64,000 bases of DNA from Saccostrea echinata. Its lineage: Eukaryota. The stretch covers positions 43,524,001-43,588,000 of the forward strand of contig NW_026889778.1 in assembly GCF_033153115.1 (NCBI RefSeq), written 5' to 3'. Positions 23,205 to 35,767 of this stretch are shown here, piece by piece. Below the pieces are notes generated by a model that made no database searches, was not told the origin of the DNA, and saw nothing but the letters and a program-made list of their open reading frames with translations. Each line of letters opens with the position of its first letter. The first letter of the stretch is position 1. Made by a program: the position numbers and the translations under genes.

Positions 23205-25523
23205 AGTCCGTGTTCTGTCTGCACCATTCATCTTGCGCGAGAATTTGTCTGGGACGTGTCTCGAACAGGTCAATGGAGCGCGACCTTAGTTAAAACTGTT
23301 CGCAATTTGTCGTACAGAACGATGGAGAATACACCAATCTATAAATAAAGGCCGTCTCATCAATCTGTCACTGACCAGAGAGTGTGCATGAAGAAGCGAC
23401 CCCTCTGATAAGAGAGTATGACTTTCTTTAGAACGACTCGTTCTAACTATTTTTCCCAGAATTCCAATCTACGCAAGCGAACTTGCAGTTTCCTCCCAAC
23501 TAACTAGTCAGCCCGTGGGCTAACTAATAAATGACCTAACAGTGGCACGTCTTAGAATTCGTTAATTTGTAATATTTGGTTATGACAAGAGAAAGTCAAT
23601 TGTACATTTTGTATAATGAAGTATTGCAACTTTGTCGCTCCTTGATGACGGAAACGTTTAGCACTTCTCTTGCTTATACGTTCCATAGATATTGATTGAT
23701 TTAGTCAGGCAAGCTTTTTGAAAAGCTATTACCTATAATGCTTTTAAATATGCATTTGTATCACATCACACAACTATCTCGTCCCTGGTTTATGCCCTCG
23801 GATTGTGTCGGCACGCGCCATAGCCGATATCAACCTCACGGCCTGATACCAGGACGGAGATCAAAACAGCTGTATGATATTCTAAAATTTTTTCTTAAGA
23901 GTCATACTATATATCCACTAGGACAAATGTTTCATATCTTATATACAATCAGAAAGTGGTTTTTTACCAGAGGTTCATCTTTAATGAAAAATTGACGAGA
24001 AAATATGCATGTTAAAGTAAACACACCGTCTTTTGAGTTACATATTACATATTTAAGTTATATATATATACCTGAGGTATATAGTATATATTTAACACAT
24101 CATCAAAGTTAGGTGATGTCAAAAGACGTAACATTGTTGGTGTGAAAAATAGAAATTATGTGATCTGAGAGAAAGATAAACTCACGTCAAATGAATCTTT
24201 TTTCTTACAAAGATATTCTATGTGGAAATAATTGGTTATTATGTAATTGATCAAAGAAGAACCTTACGTACAATGTATAAAAATATACTGAAGACTTTTC
24301 TAGAGCTGTAATAAAAGAAACAACATGACCTAGAAGCGGGGGGCAGGGGGACGTCCATCCCCCCACCCCGCCAATAATCTAGCCGATATACACTATTCTA
24401 TAGTTAACAGAGCTACTTTATGCTCGTGGACTCTCAATAATAGCATCCATTGAGCATTTTCTTTCTACGGGCCTGAACAAAGAGAATTCATTAATATCAC
24501 CCGCATACGGTGTTTACTTCTCCCAACTTATTAGATACTCAAGAGCATGCTCTGACTACGATAATTTTTTTTTAACCGAGGGTGGCAACTGGCAGATAAG
24601 TTGATATTGCAAGGATTTAAACAACCTCGTTTAAAGACAGCATTTCATATACATGACAAATTCAATGGTCATTATAATATCCTTGTAAGTATAGTTAATC
24701 TAGCCCTCTGGACGTAGAAATAAAACATGTTACTGAAAACTATAATAAAGCAATCTTTATACGGTGTTTTAACCATTGTGAATTTGTTACACCGTTTTTG
24801 TAGTTCTACTCATTGGCTTTAAGAATAGCTAGTCTTTCTCGAAGACACCAAACATTTCAAAACACCCGTACAAAGCATGAGACTGAAATATTAAAAATGA
24901 TAAAATATCTAATTTTTCAACATACATGGGGAACTATTTTCTGTTTTAGATTTAAATGTCATAACAACATGTGCCATCATTGAATGTGTGTTAATGATTG
25001 AGTGTCAAAAAAATGCGTTAATGACTGAGTGTAAACAAATGCTGCATTTGTGTATAAAAAGTAGGTGATTAAAAGCAAACAAGGAAAGTTCTTTAATATT
25101 TGAAAATCTTTTGAAATGATTTCAATATTTTCTACGGGAGAAAGGTATAATTATATTATACACATTTATTAATAGTATCTGTGTGATTAACAAAGTAAAT
25201 GTAGAGAGAAATAATCTATTCTTTTCTGTTTTGAAGAAGAATTATTTACTTTTACTTTTTATTTCATGTATTTGCTTGTTGTTTGTACCTAAATTAAGAA
25301 ATCACAAGTTAAGAAATCTATTTACAATTGTAAAGACTGTTTTTTTTTTAACTATTTCGCAACTGATAGGTATATTAACTTCGTAATAATGTATTTGTAA
25401 CGTTTTGATAAACTCTTTTCAGAGGCGTTCAAAAAATATATATGCAAAAATATAAAACATATGCTCTTGAAATTTCTAACACAGAATTTATAAAATTTCA
25501 CAGATATTTTCTGGTATTATTGT

Positions 25524-26541
25524 TAGGAATGTCAAAACATTTATTTTCTTTAGTCGAATAGTCGATTGCATTATTCGAACACTACTGGACGAAAAAAGTG
25601 CTGAGAATCCCAAATTTTACTGATAATGTTTGATAATTACTGATACGGTGCTGTTCTTGCTGATAAATACTGATATTTACTGTTATTATTACTGTCGTTG
25701 CTGATAATTTTAGTTGTTTCGGATAAATACTGATAATTACTGTCGTCTTTACTGTTGAGTCTGATAAATACTGATAAATACTGTTGATGTGCTGTCGATG
25801 CTGAGATTTACTGATAATTACTGTGGTCTGTTCTTAAGCTGGGAAGGGCTAAAGAAGAACTGAGGGCTGTAAAAACCTTCAATTATTTCTTTCTTTTAAT
25901 TATAAATTATCATACGACATTTTCATATTTCTTTAAATGTTCTGCTAGTGACAAAAATTACGCTGATCTCATTTACTACAATACGGTTGTGAAAATGTTG
26001 ACAATAAACAAATGAGACCGCGTATATTAAGCAAATGTTTTCTACCAATCTATGAAAATAGTATAATTTATCTGTAAGCAAGATAAATGGAATTCTATTA
26101 ATGTACTGTAAATAAAAAGAAAATAAGGCTATCTTTTAAAAAGATTCATCGCCGCCCTCTCCCGACTCCAAGATATTTGGGTAAGGAGGTCGGTGATGTT
26201 TTTTTTTTTGTTTTTTTTCAATAATAAGAAATAGTTCTTAATGGGTGGGGAAAAAATCGGAATAAAAAATATTTCCTGCAGGTTAGAAAAGTTTGATTCG
26301 CACGGTTTAACTCCGTCAACTGGTCAAGAGAGGACGACATTTTCTTTTAAAGATGACCTTTCATATACCTATTTTTGTTTTTTCTTTCTCAAAGACATTT
26401 TTTTTTTCATTTTTAAATGTTCGGTTTTCTGGTCTCTGTCAAGATATTTGAAAATTTGCTCGAAAATGAGAAATTTTATGCATTTTTAAATTTAATAAAG
26501 AGATGAAAACAGAGGTGAATATGTTCAATCTGGAGGCACAG

Positions 26542-26589
<48 letters not shown>

Positions 26590-29500
26590 TTTGAACGTAA
26601 AATAGGCATTTTAGATTCTTCCAGAATATCTCTTCTACATCTACATGTACACGATACATACATGTGCAACCGGCAGATTGGGGGCTGATTAAAAATTAGT
26701 GCATGGTCAGAATCCCCAGTGTCAGAGCGAGGGCACATGTGTTTATGTTATTTTGATGTTGGTCTCTTAAAATTTCATGACACGAAAAATTTTTATTCAA
26801 CAAGTTTTAAAATCTCTTTAATTTAATTTTATGGAATGTGAAATAAGAAATGAGACCTAATATGTTTACTTAGTAAAGTACATGTATATGATCAAATTGA
26901 TCGATTTTAATCTTGTGTGGTCAAAAATTGCATGGAATAAATTGATCTTCATTGATCAAAAATCAAAGATCAGTCTCTGATTTGGCTGTATTGTGTACAA
27001 GTCTTCCGCCCCGGGGTAGAACGGGGTACAACTTGTATATTACATGTAAATTGTAGTGGTAAGCGTAACAATGGGCACTAATTACCTATTGTTCCTCGTC
27101 TGCGGCCACCGGTGTACATAATAAACAAACTACCTACACTGTACATGTACTTTCTTCTTTGAGCAGGAAAATCTTTACGGTCGCACGGAAAAAAAAAATT
27201 ATCCTGTAATATTCAATTTGTTGACGAATAAAATTGAAAATTGAAAAAAAAACTATTTAGCAAAATAGGACATTGCAGTACTAAGATAAAAAAAAAAAAA
27301 GAAAGAAAGAAATGAAGTTATATGCATATACATTGTACAGATTTAATATTCAATAATTATTTTAATTCACATAAATCTATCTTTGCTCAGTATTTAATTT
27401 TATTTGTTAGTTTAATGCACATTTCCTGACATGCTTGAGATAAATTTAAAAGAAAATCCCGGGGAGGGGGCTACATGTATTTTCAATTCTGAATCTCGGT
27501 TAACGATGGTTTGGGGCCCGTGAAACGGAGACGAGAAATTGATACCGAACATTTGACTTCATCTTATAATTAAAACATTATGCAAAATGTACATATAAAT
27601 TTAAAAAAAATAGATGGTTTGGTGAAAGCAATTATTGAAATTATATTAGCATTAACTGTCCACAATTCAGAAACAGGGAATTAAACTCCACATCGCTCAG
27701 AATCCGTGAAAAAATCTTTTATGAATTTTGAATGACAGTTACATGACGTTGTTTATCGCACTCAGGAATAAATGTTATAGTTCTGAATTTGGGATCGTTC
27801 ATTGATTCTCTAAAATAATTTTATTCATGTATATAAAAATATGTAATGAGTTATTATAACATGTATGACATATTAAACATATAACTAAAGAATCAACCTT
27901 GCGCGTATCAGTTTTAAGTTAACAGTATTTCACCCCACCCCTCTTTTTGTGCTACAATAAAGCATAATCAAGTCGGTAAGCACCCAGCCTATACTGTTCG
28001 TTTATACAAAGGTCTCCGACAAGGAGAAAATGGAATTAAAAAACATTATACTATTTCTAATTTTACAAAATTCATGTCGCTCGTACGATACACAGAATGT
28101 ACTAATAATTGACCCGATTCTCAAAACGAAAGTAGAACTTTTACACGTGGTTGACATGTGTGGTCTAGAAAAGCAATTTAGCTAGGCGGCATTAATGGAC
28201 GAAAGTAACTTCAAGTTTTGTTTTATTTTATTTTGTTTTGTTTTTTTTTAACTGATTGACCGCGTATAACATGTATGAGCAGTTATTTATTGATCTCCGC
28301 GTACGTCTATAGACCTAACGCAGATTTATGTACTATTAACAAAGAATTAAAGAAAGACGTGTATTTCATTGATTGAAAATCACACTGCATAAGATTTATA
28401 GTGTACTGATGGCTTAACAATTAAAAAAAAAAAAAAAAAAAAAAACGAAAGAAAGAAAGCGTCGATACTACACAATGATATCAAATTCTCATCGAGGACA
28501 TAATCAGAGAACTAGAGCGCACTGGCTATATGTATAAAAAAGAGATTATTCTACAAATTAAAGATGTTTTATTTTTATTATTTAAACCTGTCACATTCTT
28601 CAATAAAAGGACATAGTGTACACAACATAAAATCAGAATAGATTTTTTTGTGAGATATATTTAATACTGGCTAAAGTGTCTTCTTAAAATGAGAGTTGTA
28701 TGTAAATAGAGGGGGGGGGGGGGTCTCAACTTATAGAGCTCATACATGTTCAGTTCTCTACACGAAAAAATAAATTGACAATAACAACCATTGACTATAT
28801 TGAAGATGCCCTCTAAAAGCTTTTGATGACAATACAAATACACGTGGAAAAAATATGAGATGGGATTTTTTTTTAACCTTTAAAAATAAAAACTTGTTTT
28901 AAAAAGCACTTGGGGAGAAAAACCACCGCAATAACAACACAATTATTATTTTCCGCAGATACTGAAAACTTTGTGAAAGGAGAAATATAAAGGTAAAGAA
29001 AAACACAAACATTTATGATCTGATTTTAACATTATGATGTAAAAATGATTATAATAAAATCAATACATGAAATATGAAAACAAATAAAATGTGACTTTTT
29101 TCTAGAATAATTTTTTTGTTAGAATACTGTAATGAATTTGTTGATAGAATACTTTCTTTAAAACAAATAATCATTTCTTAGGCAATTTTAGTCCTTTCCC
29201 AGATTAAAAACAATGACCACAGTAATTATCAGTAAATCTCAGCATCGACAGCACATCAACAGTATTTATCAGTATTTATCAGACTCAACAGTAAAGACGA
29301 CAGTAATTATCAGTATTTATCCGAAACAACTAAAATTATCAGCAACGACAGTAATAATAACAGTAAATATCAGTATTTATCAGCAAGAACAGCACCGTAT
29401 CAGTAATTATCAAACATTATCAGTAAAATTTGGGATTCTCAGCACTTTTTTCGTCCAGTAGTGGAACGATAGTCGAATATATTCGAAACTAAAATTTTAT

Positions 29501-30286
29501 TTCAAATTTCACTGGTGCATCACATATTTAACCCCAAATCCCTCTTTTTTAAAATTTATTAAAAAGTTACTTCAAATGTTACACACAGATGTTCACATGG
29601 ACCTAAAATGTGATAGCGTGTTTTTATTTACTTAATATAGACCGCTAATTTCTCCAAAATGCATTATTTCTCCGTCAATCATGTTCATAAATCGGTCTGT
29701 AAAGTCGGTTTTTTAGGAAGCATAAAAAAATGACTGTGCGATATATCTTTTTAAAGCTTATTAAAATGATGAGGGGGGGGGGGGGGGCACACGGTGTCTG
29801 TGATAATGTTAAATATTTGAATATACTTTTTGTACCAACTATCAAAATGTCTTTAAAAATATGTAAAAGAATATTAATTTTATAATAATTACCGTAGTGT
29901 CCAACATGACACGGCTATAATGGGTACATGGTATGGTTTGTTCCCATGATATGAGATCAAGTCCAATTAATAATTTTACAAAGAAAGCGCAGTATAGCGA
30001 GATAATTTTATTACAAAAACAACACATAATTAATTGACAAATAATTCTCGCGGAAGTGAAGCATTTCTAATCACTGTACTTTCTACATGTAAAGTCAGCA
30101 GTTTTTAATGAGGAAAATTATCTTATCGACTGTGTCTGAGGAAAGACGGTTTCTCACTTTTAGAATGAGAATTCCATCCCTTTATCACTCTTTTAATGAA
30201 TTTAATTATTCGAATGTCGTTTTGTTATTCGATCGTCGGTCCTTTCGACTGATGGTCGAATAGTCGACTGTTCGTTGACATCCCTA
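25524..30286. mobile_element. Non-autonomous hAT element (interrupted by the CACTA element)
   Basis: Ends TAGGAATGTCAA / TTGACATCCCTA, perfect 8-bp TSD ATTATTGT (25516-25523, 30287-30294), subterminal TCGAATAGTCGA motifs. Confidence 0.88.
25580..29463. mobile_element. Non-autonomous CACTA/EnSpm element with 249-bp TIRs
   Basis: CACTAC...GTAGTG termini and a 3-bp TSD GAA. TIRs 25580-25828 and 29215-29463 look identical and are built of TACTGATAA subrepeats. No transposase is seen. Confidence 0.95.
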
Positions 30287-31059
30287 ATTATTGTATATAT
30301 TCTTAATATCTGTCTAATTTTGTAGTACTCTGTAAAATCAGGAAAATTTCATTTCTTTTTTACATTTTTAGATACCCCCTAAGGAAATAGATGATAGAAT
30401 TTTGTGTTTCTTATAAATTTAATGTACAATATAGCATTACTTATAATATATTATAATTTGAGCGAAAATTCTATCGTAGTATTTAAAATTTTGCTTAGAA
30501 ATGCGAAAAATTAGTATTTTCACATATAATCCTAATAGTATAATAAATGTACAGTACATTATCTTTGTTTTAAGACGGTCCCTAAAAATACCTTGACGGT
30601 AGATTTTAAATTTGGCATGCGCACTTAAGTCAATGCAAGTTATTTTTATCGGTCAAGTGAAAGGATCTACCGGACTAATCCGTGGTCAAAATGTGTTTGT
30701 GTGTGAGGAAGGAAAGGATATATATACATTTTTTTATCAAGATATTTTATAGAAAAGAAAAATCTATAAAAATAAAGATTTAGTAAAATAATTCTACAAA
30801 CGAAATATTTCTGATGATGAAATTTACATTTAAAAAAATTGATGAAACTTAAATGTAGACACCCTGATGCAATTTTGAATTAACCATCTCCTTGTATACA
30901 TGTAATGAAGCAATCTAAAGAGTTGTTCAAAGGGTTAAAGAAAAAATACCTTCAGGTTTTTGTGACCAAAACTCTCCCGCTTAAAGAGAAAAGTGTACGT
31001 ACTGTGAACTAGCACAATTGTATGACTGGTTCATTTTCTTGAAAACAAAACGCATGTGT

Positions 31060-31345
31060 TTAATTAAGAAAAAAGATATCATTTTTAGACTTCCATTGGA
31101 ATATGACATGAAGTCGGTCACGTGATCAAATTTTATAACGCCCGAAGGGCGTTATAGTAGATTTGATCACGTACTGACTTCATTTTATATCCCAATGAAA
31201 CTCAAAAAAATGATATTCTATTCCTTATATTTATATTTTACTTTTATTCGTGTTACAAGGAAAATAGGCACTGTTTAGACTTTGTTATTGAAAGTCATTT
31301 AATTAGTATTGTTATATAAGGAAAGACATCAGCAAATGTAAATAT
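31060..31345. mobile_element. Palindrome-headed non-autonomous element (Crypton-like)
   Basis: ~170-bp imperfect palindrome centred on GCCCGAAGGGC, followed by a TATTTATAT...AAATGTAAATA segment. Same architecture as 38793, 56642 and 58876. Confidence 0.6.
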
Positions 31346-31420
31346 CACAATTTGTTAAATAAGAAAGTCTTTATAAAGGAACAAAACATTTGTTTCTTTC
31401 TTTTAGTTTGACGAAAGACA

Positions 31421-32462
31421 ATGAAGTTTACTTGGTAAGTTTGATACATTATCAAAAGATTATACTTTTTACTCATCCAATCTACATGTATGTACTTCAA
31501 TCCTGTTTTGTTTTTAATTAAAAAGTAGATAAACAAATAAAATAAACGGATATAGAAAAAATACTGCTATTGCTGTGCCTTATCCTAACAATCATTTCAG
31601 AAATAAGTTACCATTTTAAAACTTTCATCATGATGTAAATACTCGTACTATATGGGTTGATAATGTGATCAATTTCAATACAACCCGCAGGTTTCTTTTT
31701 TCATAGTAAATTGACATAATTACATGTAAAAGAAATCACCTTCTTATTTATTACCTGATTAAGGAATGATATAAATAGGGATTGCTTTTGTATTTCTTTA
31801 GTTTTACTTAAAAAAATTATCAATTACAGGTATTTTTCTGCTATTCTTGTTTTTGGAATCTGTGCCAGTTTGCAAGATTCTACTTTACAAGACAGCTCTG
31901 CCGTAGGAAATTCCGAAAGCGTTTTTAAAAGGTTATAAATATAACATTAAATGGTAAAATACTTAATTGTCTAATTTTCTTTTATTGTAAAATCATATTG
32001 TTCTACAATGTTTAAAATATTTCATTCTGATACATCCTAACCAAGAGCTAATATTAAAAAAACATGTTCTACTACCCTTAATATGTAAGCATTATTTCTT
32101 TTATTCATATTCAATCAGCATCATATCACTTCGTAAATTCTGATCCGTAACTGTTTCTTTTTTACTGACAGAGCTGGGAAAATAAAGTTGACAAAAATTG
32201 CATTAAAAGGTTAGCAAGGGATTTAAAAAGGAACGGGTCACTAGCAAGGAAGGCTGTAGATCGGTTGGAATATTGGTCTGGTGGACGTATCAGTGCAGAT
32301 AAAATAGTACAAGTCATAGATGGCGTAGCAGACAGACTGAATAGGTATCAAGTTGCAACCTGTGGATATTTCGCAGATGTAGGAGTCTCCCTTGGTATTA
32401 ATCGTAGTATTGCATATCAAATCTGCAACGTTGCTCTCGATTTACTCAGTATAATTTTGTAA
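31421..32462 (+). CDS. Small secreted protein precursor (signal peptide, acidic/Ser spacer, ~95-aa amphipathic helical domain)
   Basis: Exons 31421-31434, 31830-31931 (or -31902) and ~32172/32174-32462 give MKFTWYFSAILVFGICASLQDSTLQDSSAVGNSESVFKSWENKVDKNCIKRLARDLKRNGSLARKAVDRLEYWSGGRISADKIVQVIDGVADRLNRYQVATCGYFADVGVSLGINRSIAYQICNVALDLLSIIL. The first intron is canonical; the exon 2/3 junction is ambiguous. Confidence 0.8.
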
Positions 32463-33039
32463 AAGGCAATTATGACTATAAACAACCAAGCATCTTGAAA
32501 ATATATCGTTGTTCTTTTCTTCCGGAAAACGCTTCGAGAACATGAATTTCGTTTGGATGGAATGATGTATGACTGATGATAAAATGGATATTTAGGTGAA
32601 TTTTTTTTTTTTGCACTTGCTAATCAATTTTAATCAACTCCATGCGTAAGACGTAACATTATAAGTTGAAAAACTAATTTTTAAGTTCTTTCTACTTTTA
32701 TATAAAACAAAAGTAAATTTTTCACGGTATGTTAAGTGTATCTTATTCCTTTTCATAATTTAGTTTACAGGAGAACAAGATGTCCCCGTATATCAACTTA
32801 AAGCGAAGGTTAAACTTTCTCAAATGTCTGATAACTTTTTTGCGTGACAAGGAATTTTTGCCCCGAAATAATATTTCTTTGATCTGCCCTCAAACTGAAA
32901 TTGCTTCCTACAGGCTTGCATTGAATAAACTCTTTGTCATTAATCAATTGCATATACAAAAATATTTTAAAACCAATTACATCACCCTAATTTAGTTTTT
33001 AGAATAAAGAAAGAAAAATTAAACGTTACTATATTCTGT

Positions 33040-33930
33040 TTTCTGGTGCTCTTGTGGTAATTGTGTTACGATGCCGACACCAGTGGAAGATAAATGTGCA
33101 GAAAAAAAAAAATATTATGGACAGTAAAATTGAGGAACAATCACTTGCGTGTATAATTGAACACGAAGGTTTTATTGTAAACTGTTTAAATACATATATT
33201 CTGGGAAAAATTTCCTATGAATATATTCTAGAAAAAGTACAATTGGAGGTAAATGAACGCATTCATGAGTAAGTCATTTCTGAGATTTCTAAGGCGGATA
33301 TTTTAATATATATTCTAAGTCTGTATAATATCGGAGGAAAATGACACGAAGTATCGAGTGGGGAGGGGTGTGTGCTCCCCTGACTTTTTTTTTTTTTTTT
33401 TAGAATTAATTACTTGCTTTTAACGCTTACTTTTTTCTAGTAGTAATTTCTGACTTTTAATTTAAAATGGAAATTTTCATGAAAGGCTGGTAACAAACCC
33501 CTCCTCGTTTTGTTACAGCTAGTACATTGAATCTCCCACACCTCAATATATCGAATTGTTTGGGACAGAAAGGCTATTTCCACCCACCCCCTTTTAGGTC
33601 TTCAGACTTTGGATTTTTTGGCTTTCCAAAATGTTATCAAGCATATTTTTGGCTCGTTAATTATCTCGCCCTCCCCCATAATCAGCCCCCCCCCCCCCGA
33701 TATTAATTCTTTCACCATGCCAAACAATTATTTTTATTTCTTTGAAAGAAAAACATTTATGTTGATTATGAAAAAAAACCCCCAAAAAACCCCCATGCAA
33801 ATGATATTTTTTTCCTACTCTAAAGACATCTCAGTCACATGTATCACCAATTTGTCGGATGGATATATTAGCGCCTCGGGTAGGAGAACAGATGAATTCT
33901 TCCATCTTGTCTAGTAACGGAAATCCAAAA
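33040..33930 (+). pseudogene. P2X7-C-terminal-like Cys-rich domain remnant, probably a Kolobok-type transposon accessory gene
   Basis: WCSCGNCVTMPTPVEDKC, ACIIEHEGFIVNCLNTYIL, intron donor GTAAGT at ~33269, then YHQFVGWIY*RLG*ENR*ILPSCLVTEI, with stops and frameshifts. Confidence 0.75.
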
Positions 33931-34504
33931 AAAAAAAAAAAAAACCAAATACTGCAGCTATTATTACCAAAACTGACAAATTAATGTACAATATAAATTT
34001 AGAAACTAAACCAAGAACTTCGTTAGTCATTTTATATTCAATTAAACTGTAAACTTGTTCACGTAAAAATGTCGCTCAGAAAGCTTCGCATGTTGATTGG
34101 GTTCAAAACCATCTCTTTTCAATTTTAATGTCCTTATTTTTCCTCAATTTTGGGTTCCTCAGATATAAATACATACTCAGGCCCTGTCCCCATTTATTGG
34201 TACCTTAAAAGCGCACATAGCATCATCTCGCTAACGATAATGTTCCAAAACCGGTAATAATTATAGTTTTTACTTTCTTATTTCTCGTTGTCTCTTATGA
34301 CGTCACGCAACAAGGGAGAGAAGCGATTTACAATAAACGCTCCACTTGTCACACGGTCAAATTTAAACGACGATTAATGATGGCATTGGTGACAGAAAAA
34401 TTAAACAGACCATATAATGTCATCCGCATTGCTCCAAAGGCTGATAATCACGAGTAATTATGTATTTTCAAACAAATATTATATTTGGCCTTTAGGAGAT
34501 TCCA

Positions 34505-35767
34505 TTAACTTTTCACTATTTCTCAATTATCCCTCCTTGAAAGCAGGCATGGGGTAATCGTAATCGAGTGTAATGATTTCTTACTTTCAAGTAATCGACT
34601 TTTTCATTTCTGAAAATGTTTAAACAACTTCAAACTTTTTGAATTTGCAAAATCATTCTCATGTTTTCATTCAAATTGTAAGGTTGCTTTTTTGTCAGGG
34701 AGAGGTTATAAGTGTCTGTATTTTTAAGAGAGGGGGTAAGTGTGGCTGTGTTTGCTTATCTTGATTATTTAATTGACTGAGACATCCTGACTTGCAGATT
34801 ATGAGGTGTAAACTGTGAACTACCTAGTGTTTAACTTTTATAACTCAAAGTTCCATTGAAGACAAACAATATTTAATAATTGATAGTTCTATAAGAGAAA
34901 AACAATATCATTAAAACAATTAATAACTCTCAAAACACTTATTTCAATACAGAATGAAATTGTGCTATTAGTTTTACTTAAAGGCAAATTTAATTTACAT
35001 GTTTATTACTAAGAGTCTAATTAACTATTTTTTTGAAAGAAGACACAGTAATGTTTTTGTGTACTGCCAACATGCGGGTAGTCCAAATACTTCTGATTCA
35101 CAATAAAATATTAAATAATTTCTGCAACAAAAATCAATAAATATGGAGGTTCAGATCCAAGGTTGAAAGGAATAATTAATTCCTTGGCATATTCTATTAT
35201 AGGAACCATGTCTCCACTTCCATTGCAGAGAATCCCTCCTTTGGGTATTTAATGAGACTTCTAGGTCTATGAAATTAAACCAGAATAAAAGCTTAAATGA
35301 ATCTAAACGAAACTGCAGGAACACATTCAAACTTCAGCTAGTGGATATCATCAACTCACTATTTAACATTTAATTTGAAATATTGCTTGAACATTTGAGG
35401 GGATAAAAACTTGGAAGTAATCGATTTTTAATCGATTACATTTTCCAAAGTAGTCAATTACAATCGATTACAGGACAAAAATGAGTGTAATCGATTAAAT
35501 ATCGATTTCACAAAATTTCTCTTTGTAATCGATTATTAATCGATTACATTTTTCAGTAATCGTGCCCATGCCTGCTTGAAAGAGGGTGTGACCCTTCATT
35601 ATAACAAACTTGAATCCCCTTCACCCATGGATGTTTTGTGGTAAGTTTGGTTGAAACTGGCCCAATGGTTCTCAAAGTCAAAAATGTGAAAGGTTTGCAG
35701 ACGACAGTCAAACACCAGACACTCATCAGAAAACTCACTTGAGCCTGTGGCTCTGGTGAGTTAAAAA
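34505..35767 (+). repeat. Cg170-like satellite unit and Helentron-type 3' end, split by the hAT
   Basis: TTTTCACTATTTCTCAATTATCCCTCCTTGAAAG|AGGGTGTGACCCTTCAT...AACAAACTTGAATCCCCTTCACCC...CTCACTTGAGCC...GGTGAGTTAAAAA. Confidence 0.7.
34544..35574. mobile_element. Non-autonomous hAT element
   Basis: TIR CAGGCATGGG / CCCATGCCTG, perfect 8-bp TSD CTTGAAAG, subterminal GTAATCGATTAC motifs. Confidence 0.92.

Larger units (their letters stand above)
18715..23286. mobile_element. PIF/Harbinger DNA transposon, full-length, degenerate, two convergent genes
   Basis: Imperfect ~35-bp TIRs (GGGCTGCGCTCCATTGACTGTTCG vs rc AGGTCGCGCTCCATTGACCTGTTCG), flanks TAA/TAG, Myb/SANT gene on + and DDE transposase on -. 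Confidence 0.92.

Noticed and set aside
18715-23286. RAG-like/ProtoRAG transposon (convergent genes plus RING)
   Set aside because: The catalytic motifs are Harbinger-type, the ends are not CAC/RSS-like, the flanks are 3 bp, and there is no kelch/PHD partner.
25580-25828. Short repeated TACTGATAA units as a CRISPR-like array
   Set aside because: They are subrepeats of a CACTA TIR with no constant repeat-spacer period, in a eukaryotic context.
29213-29461. 82-aa ORF
   Set aside because: It coincides with the CACTA TIR and is a repeat artefact.
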